DNA of 64,000 nt from an uncultured Acidobacteriota bacterium (GTDB lineage: Bacteria > Acidobacteriota > Terriglobia > Terriglobales > Acidobacteriaceae): contig CAWFIV010000007.1 in the NCBI GenBank assembly GCA_963815925.1, positions 43,313 through 107,312 of the forward strand, read 5' to 3'. A program made the translations under genes and the position numbers. Positions 10,593 to 19,768 of this stretch are shown one piece after another (within the stretch, counting starts at the first letter, position 1; each line of letters opens with the position of its first letter). The notes under the pieces were generated by a model. It was given only the letters and a program-made list of their open reading frames with translations. It had not been told where the DNA came from and did not search any database.

Positions 10593-10773
10593 ATTAGCTT
10601 CGAGCTACGAGCCGCGAGCTCTTGGCTAACCTGCAAAGTACGCATCGATAACGCTCAAGATTTTTCACTGAACTGCTAACTGCAAACTAGATTGGGCTCG
10701 GAGCAGTGTGGAGTCGATGAGACCCGCTTCTCGCGAAAGGACGCGAGAAACAGGGTACCTGGAAAGATTCGAG

Positions 10774-11370
10774 CTAGAAGCTGTCTCCGACGTACTCTTC
10801 CAGAACTTTCTTCCACCTGCCCTGTGCTTTGAGGATGAATTCGACGGCATCGCGCAGAGCGCCGTCGCCGCCGGCGTGGGGTGTGGTGTAGTGGGCCTCG
10901 CGCTTTACTTCGGTGCGCGCGTTCTTTACGGCGATCGCGAGTCCCGCAGCGCGCATGGCGGGGAGATCGATCACATCGTCGCCCACGAAGGCGGCTTCCT
11001 CCATCGTGAGACCCTCCTGTTTGGCGATATCTTCGAGACAGCCGCGCTTGTCCCGAATTCCCTGCCGGATGTATTCAATCTTGAGATCGCGGGCCCGGAG
11101 CTCGACGGTTTCCGAACTGCGGCGGGTGATCAGGCCGGTCTTGATTCCAGCGATCCGCGCGAGGGAGTTGGCGACGCCGTCATGCGCGTGGAATCCTTTG
11201 ATCTCGATTTGGCCTTGCGCGGTCCTCTCCATAGAAGGTGACGTTGAACTCGACCGGTGTAGCGAGTCCTGCGGAACGAAGAAGAGTTTGCCATCGGTGA
11301 GAACACCGTCGACGTCGAAGATCAGAAGCTTGATTTTGCGGGCGCGGGCTTGCGGGGAGAGTTTGGGCAT
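10774..11370 (-). CDS. kdsC: 3-deoxy-D-manno-octulosonate 8-phosphate phosphatase (HAD family)
   Basis: Start set at [27 protein letters not shown] (HAD motif I DxDG). Also [13 protein letters not shown] (motif IV). About 15 extra residues between motif I and the cap, compared with my recollection of E. coli KdsC. The 334-aa ORF-track version is an upstream run-on. Confidence 0.85.
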   Translation of the reverse strand: MPKLSPQARARKIKLLIFDVDGVLTDGKLFFVPQDSLHRSSSTSPSMERTAQGQIEIKGFHAHDGVANSLARIAGIKTGLITRRSSETVELRARDLKIEYIRQGIRDKRGCLEDIAKQEGLTMEEAAFVGDDVIDLPAMRAAGLAIAVKNARTEVKREAHYTTPHAGGDGALRDAVEFILKAQGRWKKVLEEYVGDSF

Positions 11371-11584
11371 CGGCGGAATTTTAGCAGCGTTTGCCGCGCG
11401 GATGCGGGCGGGACAGGCTCGGCTCGCAACCAATACGCCGGCAATCTTTGAGACGTCCAGCGAAACACTCACTCCTTCCCGGGCCCGAGGAGCTACACAC
11501 TGTCGGGTATTGAAAGCTGGACCAGCAGGGCAGAATCTTGGCACTCCGCTCCAAAAACCACTTTTGACACTCCTAGGAGTGATT

Positions 11585-11781
11585 ATGACCAAGTCGTCCT
11601 TCGCCTGCGTCCTGGCGCTGTGTGCGGTGCCGATCGCGGCGGAAGCCCAGTCCTCGTGCACATTCACACTTTTTAAGTATCCACTTACGACGCGTTGCCG
11701 AATCGCATGCACCGCTACGGCAATGTCGTTGGCTATTACCACTGCCCAAACATCGCCGGTACGGTGAACGAGTGCCAACGA
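11585..11781 (+). pseudogene. possible frameshifted fragment of an HAF/HGF-repeat secreted protein
   Basis: aggag-N6-ATG, then signal peptide MTKSSFACVLALCAVPIAAEAQ and SSCTFTLFKYP. The repeat signature ...YGNVVGYYHCPNIAG... follows in the +2 frame and ends at TGA 11779-11781. Confidence 0.3.
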
Positions 11782-11875
11782 TGATGGTTTGTGAACAACC
11801 GTCCTCGAGGCCTACCTTTAGCGAGAAAAGCGCATCGTATACCGCGCAGTTTTGGATTCCATCAAGGAGTTCGCG

Positions 11876-12907
11876 ATGATCGCCAATCGATCTGCTCTGG
11901 CCCCTCTGTCTTTGGTAAGGAATCGGAAACAGATAGGCCTTTGCTTAGCTCAGTGGCTGCTGTTGAGCACCTGCGCGCTTGCCCAAGAGCCTGCAATCAT
12001 GAGCTTCGACCCTCCTGGCTCCCGCCAGACTGTGGCTCTGAGTATCAATACCGGCGGCTCCATTGCGGGATACTACTCGGATGGGGGCGGCATTCATGGC
12101 TTTTTGCGTAACCCCGACGGCAGCTTTACTGCGGTCGATGTGCCGGGCGCGAGTTACACCTATGCCTGGAGCATCAACGCCACGGGATGGATTACGGGAT
12201 ACTTCGGCGCGGGCCAGAGGTCCCACGGCTTCGTGCGAACCCCGGGCGGATCCTACATCGCATTCGACCCGCCGGGCTCATCTGACACCATGCCCCAGGC
12301 CATAAACTCAGCCGGCATGGTTACAGGTTATTACAACCAGCCGCACGGCTCCTCTCACGGCTTCGTGCGAGCTCCGGATGGCTCCATTACCAGTTTCGAT
12401 CCTTCGGGTTCGAGTTCTACGCGGCCCGCCGGCATCAACTCGACTGGAAAGATTACCGGCTATTACATGGATTCCGCCCAGTTGTACCACGGCTTCGTGC
12501 GCGCTTCAGACGGCACGATTACTACTTTCATGGTTCAGTCTGGGCAGAATACGCAACCGGCGGCCATGAACTCCGCGGGCGAGATTACGGGAGCGTATGG
12601 CCCGCTCAATGCCCCTTTTGGCTTCTTGCGCACGCCTGACGGGACGATTACTACGTTCACGGTGGAAAACTCGACCTCGGTCTCTCCCTATAGCGTCAAC
12701 GATGAGGGAACGATCACTGGCTTCTATGTTGACAACCGCGGCATCGGCCACGGTTTCATACGACATCCCGACGGCACCGTAGCAAACTTCGGGAACCCAA
12801 GCGTAAACTTCATCTTTCCTTTCAGCATCAACTCCGCGGGGGAGATCACTGGCTACTATCAAGACAGTGTATACACGACCTCGCACGGCTTCCTGCTCAG
12901 TCCGTAG
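11876..12907 (+). CDS. secreted repeat protein, HAF-family-like (HGF variant) extracellular repeats
   Basis: aaggag-N8-ATG at 11876 and a signal peptide ending ALAQE. Seven units of the form HGF[LV]R.PDG..T.F..PGS..T....IN..G.ITGYY. Confidence 0.75.
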   Translation: MIANRSALAPLSLVRNRKQIGLCLAQWLLLSTCALAQEPAIMSFDPPGSRQTVALSINTGGSIAGYYSDGGGIHGFLRNPDGSFTAVDVPGASYTYAWSINATGWITGYFGAGQRSHGFVRTPGGSYIAFDPPGSSDTMPQAINSAGMVTGYYNQPHGSSHGFVRAPDGSITSFDPSGSSSTRPAGINSTGKITGYYMDSAQLYHGFVRASDGTITTFMVQSGQNTQPAAMNSAGEITGAYGPLNAPFGFLRTPDGTITTFTVENSTSVSPYSVNDEGTITGFYVDNRGIGHGFIRHPDGTVANFGNPSVNFIFPFSINSAGEITGYYQDSVYTTSHGFLLSP

Positions 12908-13043
12908 GTCAGCGAGCCAAATCGTCTACTTACAGAAACCATGGTCCGGTCATTTTCCCGAGTCTGTGAAAAGAGATCCGCAATCCGAGTCGGTCGACTG
13001 GCGAACAGTTGGCGAAAATGGCGATTCGGGCTAGAATATTCGG

Positions 13044-16000
13044 ATGCAGTCCCTTCCTTCGTCCCTGACCTGGGCGCACCCTCTGGTGGCGGAGTGGTTC
13101 GTGCGGAAGTTTGGCACTCCGACCGAGCCGCAAGAGCAGGGGTGGCCGCACATTCTGGCTGGGCGAACTACGCTGATTTCGGCTCCCACCGGATCGGGTA
13201 AAACCCTGGCGGCATTTCTGGCTTGTATTGACCGCCTGGTGCGCAAGGCGCTGGCTGGTGATCTGGCCGCCCGCACCGAAGTGCTCTACGTTTCTCCGCT
13301 GAAGGCGCTGGGCAACGATATACAGAAAAATCTCGAAGGGCCGCTGGGAGAAATTCTTGCCTTGGCTGGCGAGCGCGGACTGCTGATGCCGGAGATTCGT
13401 ACCGCAGTACGCACCGGCGACACGCTGCAGCACGAGCGGCGAGCCATGCTGAAACGGCCTCCGCATATTCTGGTGACCACGCCCGAGTCGCTCTACATTC
13501 TCCTGACCGCCGACAAGAGCCGGGCCATTCTGCGCGATGTTGAGACGGTGATCGTCGACGAAATTCATGCCGTCGCCGACGACAAGCGCGGCGCGCATCT
13601 GACGCTGTCATTGGAGCGGTTGGAGGCGCTGTCTCACAGGCCGCCGATTCGCATCGGGCTGTCGGCAACGCAGAAGCCGATCGAAGAAGTTGCGCATTTC
13701 TTGACCGGAACCGGAAGACCTGCGCCGGTGATTGTCGACATCGGGCACAAACGGAAACTCGATCTTGCCGTCGAAGTGCCTCCAATGCCGTTGGGACCGG
13801 TGGCCTCGAATGAGTTGTGGGACGCAATTTACGACCGTCTCGTGGCCTTGGTGGCCGAGCATCGTTCGACGCTTGTGTTTGTGAATACACGCAGGATGGC
13901 CGAGCGCTTGTGCCATGAACTGGGCGAGCGTATCGGCGAAGAGAATGTGGCGGCGCATCACGGAAGCCTGTCACGGAAGCTGCGCCTCGCGGCAGAGAAG
14001 AAGCTGAAAGAGGGGCAAGTGCGAGTGCTGGTGGCGACGGCCTCGCTCGAGTTGGGAATTGATGTGGGCACCGTCGACCTGGCAGTGCAGATCAACTCTC
14101 CGCGGGCGATTGCGGTTGCCCTGCAAAGAGTTGGGCGTTCGGGTCACTGGCGGGGCGCAATTCCCAAGGGCCGATTTTTTGCCACGACGCGCGACGATCT
14201 GATGGAATGTGCCGCTTTGGTGCGTGCGATCAAACAGGGCGATTTGGATCGGCTGATCATCCCCGAAGCTCCACTGGACGTGCTCGCGCAGCAGATTGTG
14301 GCCTCGTGCGCAGCGATGAGCGGCGATGTGGCGCGGGCGCCCCGTCCGCGTGCTTCCGGAAACGATGCTGATGTGAGCGAAGGTAATGGCAGCGCGTCTG
14401 GACTGACGGCCTCATCTCGGGATCTGGGGACTGAGGTTGCGTTTACGGATGCGCGGGCGGGGGCACCCACGCCACATGGTGACGGCTGGGATGAGGACGA
14501 GCTATTCACGCTCGCGAAAAGGGCCTACCCCTATCGGAATTTGAAGCGCGAAACGTTCGATTCCATTCTCGAAATGCTTTCGGAGGGGATCGCGGCGGAA
14601 CGCGGGCGCTACGGGGCGTATGTGCATCGCGATCGCGTGAATGGAACGTTGCGGGCGCGGCGTGGGGCGCGACTGGCGGCCATTACAAGTGGCGGGGCGA
14701 TTCCGGATAACTCTCTCTACACCGTGGTCGCCGAGCCGGACCTCGTGGTGGTGGGCACCGTGGATGAAGATTTTGCGGTAGAGAGCAATCGCGGCGACAT
14801 AATGCTGTTGGGCAACACGTCGTGGATGATTCATCGCATTGAGACCAATGCCGGGCGCATGCTGGTGCAAGATGCGCACGGTGCCCCGCCGAGCGTTCCG
14901 TTCTGGAGGGGAGAGGCTCCCGCGCGCACGCAGGAATTGTCGGCGCAGGTCGGCGAGTTGCGAAAAGAAATCAGCGAGAGGCTGCCGAGCACTTCGCCCG
15001 TCGGATTTTCGGCGACACAGCCCGACGTTGCTGAAACAGTGAGTTGGCTGAAGGAAGAGTGCGGGCTCGACGATTCCGGCGCCGAACAGATGATCGAATA
15101 CGTGGTGCAAGGGCGCGCGGTGCTGGGCGCGGTGCCAACGCAGACGACAGTGATCGCGGAGCGGTTCTTCGATGAAGGGGGCGGGATGCAACTGGTGATC
15201 CACGCGCCATTCGGCGGGCGGATCAACAAAGCCTGGGGACTTTCTCTGCGCAAGCGGTTCTGCGTTGGTTTCAATTTTGAGTTGCAGGCGGCGGCTACCG
15301 ACAACGGGTTGAACATCGCACTGGCTGAACAGCACAGTTTTCCTCTGGGGGATGTGTTTCATTTCCTGCAGGCGGAAACGGTGCAGCCGATTCTGGAGCA
15401 GGCCGCACTGGATTCTCCAATCTTTGCTACACGCTGGCGCTGGGACGCGAATCGCGCACTGGCGCTGCTGCGCTTTCAGAATGGCAAGAAAGTTCCCCCG
15501 CAGATTCAGCGTATGCGTTCCGACGATCTGCTCGCGTCTGTTTTTCCCGACGCCGCAGCCTGTTTCGAGAATATCGAGGGCGAGAGAAAGATTCCCGATC
15601 ATCCGCTGGTGGGCGAGGTAATGAAAGACGTACTCACCGAAGCGATGGATGTGGAGGGATTGAAGTCCCTTCTGCGGCGTATGGCTTCTGGGGAGATTCG
15701 CGTGCTGGCGGTGGATACGCCAGTGCCGTCGCAGTTCTCGCACGAGATTCTGAATGCGAATCCGTATGCCTATCTGGACGACGCGCCGCTGGAAGAACGC
15801 CGGGCGCGCGCTGTCAACATGCGCCGGGTGCTGCCGGAGTCGGTGCTGGAGGAAGTCGGAGGGCTGGATCCTGCGGCAATTGCTCAAGTGCGGGAAGAGG
15901 CTTGGCCAGATGTGCGGGATGCGGATGAACTGCATGATGTGTTGCACACGCTGGTGGCGCTGCCGGAAGCGTTTTCCGCTGACATGACCGGACTGGCTAT

Positions 16001-17756
16001 GTGGGGACAGCCGCCTTCGGCTGTCCAATCGAGCGAAGTTCGACCGGCCTTGGCAGGTATACCTGCGATTGTGAATGACGACGGCTCAGCCGTGCTGAGC
16101 CGGACGGCCGATGGCGGCCTTTTCCACATGAGTGTTGCTTCAAGTCAATGGGGCGGCTTCTTCGAGCGGTTGGTGAATGAAGGTCGGGCCGGAGTTGCTG
16201 TGGTTGCCGAGGCTGAGACGGCCTCCGGACGGTCAGTGGGACGCCGGCGCTACTGGGTGGCGGCCGAGCGTGCGCGGAGTTTCATTTCACTGTTTCCTTC
16301 CGCAGAATTCGAACAGAATCTGGCCGACGTGGAGTCAGGGCAGAGTTCTCGCGAGGATGCTCTTCTGACACTGGTCACCGGATGGATGTCGCATCTGGGG
16401 CCAGCGACTGCTTCGCAGATTGGGGAGTCATTAGGGCTGGCTGCTTCGGACATCAAGAAAACTCTGCTGCGGATGGAAGCCAACGGCACTGTCCTTCGGG
16501 GCAAGTTCACTGGTGCCGTAGGCACGCGGGCAGGAGTGCCCGAGTCACACGTGCCCGCGCCACAGCAGGCTGCGCTAAACGAACCTGAGATCGAATGGTG
16601 CGAGCGGCGGTTGCTGGCGAGGATTCACCGGCTGACCGTTGGAATCCTGCGGAAGCAGATCGAGCCGGTGACCGCGGCCGCATTCATGCGATGGCTGATG
16701 CGGTGGCAACATGTGGCTGCCGGCACGCAGGTTGTCGGCGAGCGCGGCACTATGGAAGTGCTGCAGCAGTTGCAGGGATTTGAAATCCCGGCAAACGCCT
16801 GGGAACGGCAGATACTGGCATGCAGAATTGCTGACTACGATCCCAAGTGGCTGGATCAGCTTTGTCTGAAGGGGGCGGTGGGATGGGGAAGGCTGTCGCC
16901 GCATCCGGCAACGGTTGATTCAGCGGCAACCACGAGCGGCAACGGAGATGCGCCAAACGCCCGCCAACGCCGGGTGATTCCCACCAGCGTCGCGCCGATC
17001 ACGTTTTTCGTGCGGGAAGAGGCCGATTGGATGATTCCGCGGCATGCCGCGGGCGAGGAGGCTGAGGCGCGCGGCCTGAGCCATGGGGCGCGGTTAGTGC
17101 TTGAATTTCTACGGCAGCGCGGCGCTTCGTTCTTTGCCGACATCGTGCGCGGTACGGGCAAGCTCAAGGCCGAGATCGAAACTGGACTCTGGGAATTGGT
17201 TGCAGCCGGGCTGGTAACCGCCGACGGGTTCGACAATCTGCGTGCTTTGATCGATCCGAAGCGGCGCGCCGGGCAGGGGAGTGGGCGCAGCACGCGCCCG
17301 CGGCACAGTTCGGGTCGTTGGGCGCTGCTCCACGCGGACGTCGCTGCCGAGCGCAACCGTGCAGTCGAAGCGTCGTGCTGGATGCTACTGCGGCGTTATG
17401 GGATTGTCATTCGCGATCTGCTGGTGCGGGAGTCGAACCTGCCTCCCTGGCGCGAGTTGCTGATGGCCTTCCGGCGTCTCGAAGATCGTGGCGAGATTCG
17501 TGGCGGCCGTTTTGTCGATGGCTTCCTCGGCGAGCAGTTCGCCTTGCCGGTTGCGGTGGAATCGGTGCGAAGCATGCGTAGCTTACCCCTGAGCGGCGAG
17601 ACGATGACGCTCTCGGCGGCCGATCCCCTGAATCTGGTCGGGATTCTGGTGCCCGGCGAAAGAGTTCCTGCCATCTCCGCCAGAACTGTCAGCTACCGCG
17701 ATGGGATCGCAGTTGTGCCTGCAGAATCGGCCGAACAGAATCGTGCCGCCGGGTGA
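13044..17756 (+). CDS. lhr: large ATP-dependent helicase Lhr (1570 aa, long form with C-terminal extension)
   Basis: Superfamily-2 motifs APTGSGKT, DEIH, SAT(Q), VATASLELGIDVG and QRVGRSGH. These are followed by the DEAD/H-associated region and a ~700-aa C-terminal extension. Confidence 0.92.
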   Translation: MQSLPSSLTWAHPLVAEWFVRKFGTPTEPQEQGWPHILAGRTTLISAPTGSGKTLAAFLACIDRLVRKALAGDLAARTEVLYVSPLKALGNDIQKNLEGPLGEILALAGERGLLMPEIRTAVRTGDTLQHERRAMLKRPPHILVTTPESLYILLTADKSRAILRDVETVIVDEIHAVADDKRGAHLTLSLERLEALSHRPPIRIGLSATQKPIEEVAHFLTGTGRPAPVIVDIGHKRKLDLAVEVPPMPLGPVASNELWDAIYDRLVALVAEHRSTLVFVNTRRMAERLCHELGERIGEENVAAHHGSLSRKLRLAAEKKLKEGQVRVLVATASLELGIDVGTVDLAVQINSPRAIAVALQRVGRSGHWRGAIPKGRFFATTRDDLMECAALVRAIKQGDLDRLIIPEAPLDVLAQQIVASCAAMSGDVARAPRPRASGNDADVSEGNGSASGLTASSRDLGTEVAFTDARAGAPTPHGDGWDEDELFTLAKRAYPYRNLKRETFDSILEMLSEGIAAERGRYGAYVHRDRVNGTLRARRGARLAAITSGGAIPDNSLYTVVAEPDLVVVGTVDEDFAVESNRGDIMLLGNTSWMIHRIETNAGRMLVQDAHGAPPSVPFWRGEAPARTQELSAQVGELRKEISERLPSTSPVGFSATQPDVAETVSWLKEECGLDDSGAEQMIEYVVQGRAVLGAVPTQTTVIAERFFDEGGGMQLVIHAPFGGRINKAWGLSLRKRFCVGFNFELQAAATDNGLNIALAEQHSFPLGDVFHFLQAETVQPILEQAALDSPIFATRWRWDANRALALLRFQNGKKVPPQIQRMRSDDLLASVFPDAAACFENIEGERKIPDHPLVGEVMKDVLTEAMDVEGLKSLLRRMASGEIRVLAVDTPVPSQFSHEILNANPYAYLDDAPLEERRARAVNMRRVLPESVLEEVGGLDPAAIAQVREEAWPDVRDADELHDVLHTLVALPEAFSADMTGLAMWGQPPSAVQSSEVRPALAGIPAIVNDDGSAVLSRTADGGLFHMSVASSQWGGFFERLVNEGRAGVAVVAEAETASGRSVGRRRYWVAAERARSFISLFPSAEFEQNLADVESGQSSREDALLTLVTGWMSHLGPATASQIGESLGLAASDIKKTLLRMEANGTVLRGKFTGAVGTRAGVPESHVPAPQQAALNEPEIEWCERRLLARIHRLTVGILRKQIEPVTAAAFMRWLMRWQHVAAGTQVVGERGTMEVLQQLQGFEIPANAWERQILACRIADYDPKWLDQLCLKGAVGWGRLSPHPATVDSAATTSGNGDAPNARQRRVIPTSVAPITFFVREEADWMIPRHAAGEEAEARGLSHGARLVLEFLRQRGASFFADIVRGTGKLKAEIETGLWELVAAGLVTADGFDNLRALIDPKRRAGQGSGRSTRPRHSSGRWALLHADVAAERNRAVEASCWMLLRRYGIVIRDLLVRESNLPPWRELLMAFRRLEDRGEIRGGRFVDGFLGEQFALPVAVESVRSMRSLPLSGETMTLSAADPLNLVGILVPGERVPAISARTVSYRDGIAVVPAESAEQNRAAG

Positions 17757-17831
17757 GGTTTTTGCATGTCTGCGGCACTCTGTCGCGCGGGCCAGCGGGC
17801 CGGGTACGATAGAATTTTAAAGGGAGCCCGA

Positions 17832-18773
17832 ATGCCTGCCATCATCCTTGACGGAACCAAGATCGCCCAAGACATTCGCAGCGAAGTTGCTGCTGAAGTG
17901 AAGGCCATGGCCGCTTCGGGAGTACGTCCCGGACTCGCGGTCGTGCTGGTCGGACATAATCCCGCATCCGAGATTTATGTGCGCGGCAAGGTCAAAGCCT
18001 GCGAAGAAGTTGGCCTCTATAGCGAGAAGCTGACGCCGCTAGAGTCCGCCGCGACCGCTGAACTTCTGGCTTTGATCGAAGATCTGAACCGCCGCGACGA
18101 TATCGATGGGATCCTCGTGCAGTTGCCGCTGCCTGCCCAAGTCGACGCCAAGAAAATATTGATGGCGGTCGACCCAGCCAAAGACGTTGATGGATTTCAT
18201 CCCGTCAACGTGGGTTTCCTTTCCACGCAGCGTCCCGGGCTCGTGCCTTGCACGCCCGCGGGAGTGATCGAGATTCTGAAACGCAGCAATATTCCGATCG
18301 CGGGTAGGGAAGCAGTCGTTGTGGGCCGCAGCGACATCGTAGGCAAGCCCGCAGCCATGCTGCTTCTCAACGCCAATGCCACTGTGACCGTGTGTCACTC
18401 CAAGACGCACGAGCTGCCGGAAGTTTGCCGCCGCGCCGATATTCTGGTCGCCGCCATTGGGTGTGCGGGGATGATCACGCGTGATTTCGTGAAACATGGC
18501 GCCGCCGTGATCGATGTTGGTATGAACACTGTTACGGATCCTGCCGAATTCCGGCGTTTCTTTGCCGGCAACGTGAAAAGGGAAGAGAACTTCCGCAAGA
18601 AGGGCTCGACGCTAATCGGCGACGTGCATCCTGAGGTCGCAGAGGTTGCTGGAGTACTGACGCCGGTTCCGGGCGGCGTCGGCCCATTGACGATCGCGAT
18701 GTTGATGTTCAATACGGTGAAAGCCGCGAAGATGCGGCGGGGAAATCGTGTCCCGGAACTCTCGCGAGTGTAA
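17832..18773 (+). CDS. folD: bifunctional methylenetetrahydrofolate dehydrogenase/cyclohydrolase
   Basis: agggag SD, then MPAIILDGTKIAQDIR. Also YVRGKVKACEEVG, GILVQLPLP, DVDGFHP and GGVGPLTIAML. Confidence 0.93.
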   Translation: MPAIILDGTKIAQDIRSEVAAEVKAMAASGVRPGLAVVLVGHNPASEIYVRGKVKACEEVGLYSEKLTPLESAATAELLALIEDLNRRDDIDGILVQLPLPAQVDAKKILMAVDPAKDVDGFHPVNVGFLSTQRPGLVPCTPAGVIEILKRSNIPIAGREAVVVGRSDIVGKPAAMLLLNANATVTVCHSKTHELPEVCRRADILVAAIGCAGMITRDFVKHGAAVIDVGMNTVTDPAEFRRFFAGNVKREENFRKKGSTLIGDVHPEVAEVAGVLTPVPGGVGPLTIAMLMFNTVKAAKMRRGNRVPELSRV

Positions 18774-18778
18774 GCATC

Positions 18779-18856
18779 CACCACGGAGACGCGGAGTCAC
18801 GGAGAAAGCCAGTTTTTGATTGTTGGTTTTCTACGTGGCTTCGTGTCTCCGTGGTG
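18779..18856. repeat. imperfect 23-bp inverted repeat built from tandem 8-mers (RCGGAGNN)
   Basis: Left arm caccacggagacgcggagtcacg (18779-18801). Right arm cgtggcttcgtgtctccgtggtg (18834-18856). 20 of 23 positions are complementary. Starts 6 nt after the folD stop. Confidence 0.7.
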
Positions 18857-18876
18857 AAAATGTTTTTGGGAGCCTC

Positions 18877-19524
18877 ATGCTGAAAGTTGGTCTGACCGGT
18901 GGAATCGCCTCCGGTAAATCGGTGGTCGGTGAGATGTTTGTCACGGCGGGCGCGCATTTGGTGCAAGCGGATCGCATCGCGCATTCGCTGATGCGGCCGG
19001 GCGAGGCCGTCTACAACGAAGTCGTGCGCCATTTCGGACGCGAGATTCTCAACCCGGACCTGAGTGTGAACCGGGCAAAGATGGCCGAGGTTGCGTTTGG
19101 TCCGGCCGATGCTCCGGAGGGCCGTCGCGCATCCCGTATCGAGGAACTAAACCGTATTGTGCATCCCGCGGTGATCCGTAGCCAGGATGAGTGGCTGCAG
19201 GCTGTGGGCAACCACGACCGACATGCCGTTGCCATTGTAGAGGCCGCGCTCCTTCTTGAGGCTGGCGCCGCCGACCATTTCGACCGGATGATCGTCGTCA
19301 CCTGCAGCGAAGAGCAGCGCGTCACGCGCTTTGCCGCTCGCCAGAAGATCGACGTTGAGTCCGCGCGCAAAGAAGTCGCGCGCCGCATGGCTGCTCAACT
19401 TCCCGACGTCGAGAAGGTCAAAGCCGCCGACTACGTGATCGACAATTCCGGTTCGCTCGATCACACCCGCGAGCAGGTCCTCCAAGTGTGGCAGAAGCTA
19501 GGTAGCGAAGCGGGAGGGACCTGA
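18877..19524 (+). CDS. coaE: dephospho-CoA kinase
   Basis: MLKVGLTGGIASGKSVVGEMF (P-loop at the N-terminus). Length and order typical of CoaE. Confidence 0.9.
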   Translation: MLKVGLTGGIASGKSVVGEMFVTAGAHLVQADRIAHSLMRPGEAVYNEVVRHFGREILNPDLSVNRAKMAEVAFGPADAPEGRRASRIEELNRIVHPAVIRSQDEWLQAVGNHDRHAVAIVEAALLLEAGAADHFDRMIVVTCSEEQRVTRFAARQKIDVESARKEVARRMAAQLPDVEKVKAADYVIDNSGSLDHTREQVLQVWQKLGSEAGGT

Positions 19525-19768
19525 TCAAGCTATGATCTCGATACTGGGCGGCGTTCTTTGCCGCGAACGACCTATGCGCGTGGCTAGGAGTCCAGAGTCC
19601 TTCGCCTCGCTCAGGATGACATGGAACTAGTATGCGGGGCGTGCTTCGGGGTAGGGCATTGTTTAAAATCAAAGTAGGGACCTTTCTACTCCCCCTCATC
19701 GTACTTATCTTTGTACGTTGAATCGAAGAACGGTCGAATCGAACGGTTTGAAATCGGATGGTTGAATT

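Noticed and set aside
10774-11778. 334-aa version of the kdsC ORF, and similar N-terminal extensions of proS (2505), folD (17766), coaE (18820), the YjbR-like gene (21462), the S10-like gene (32261) and the FKBP gene (32207)
   Set aside because: Homology-type sequence begins at an internal Met or GTG. The upstream parts are run-on frames that overlap neighbouring genes or intergenic repeats.
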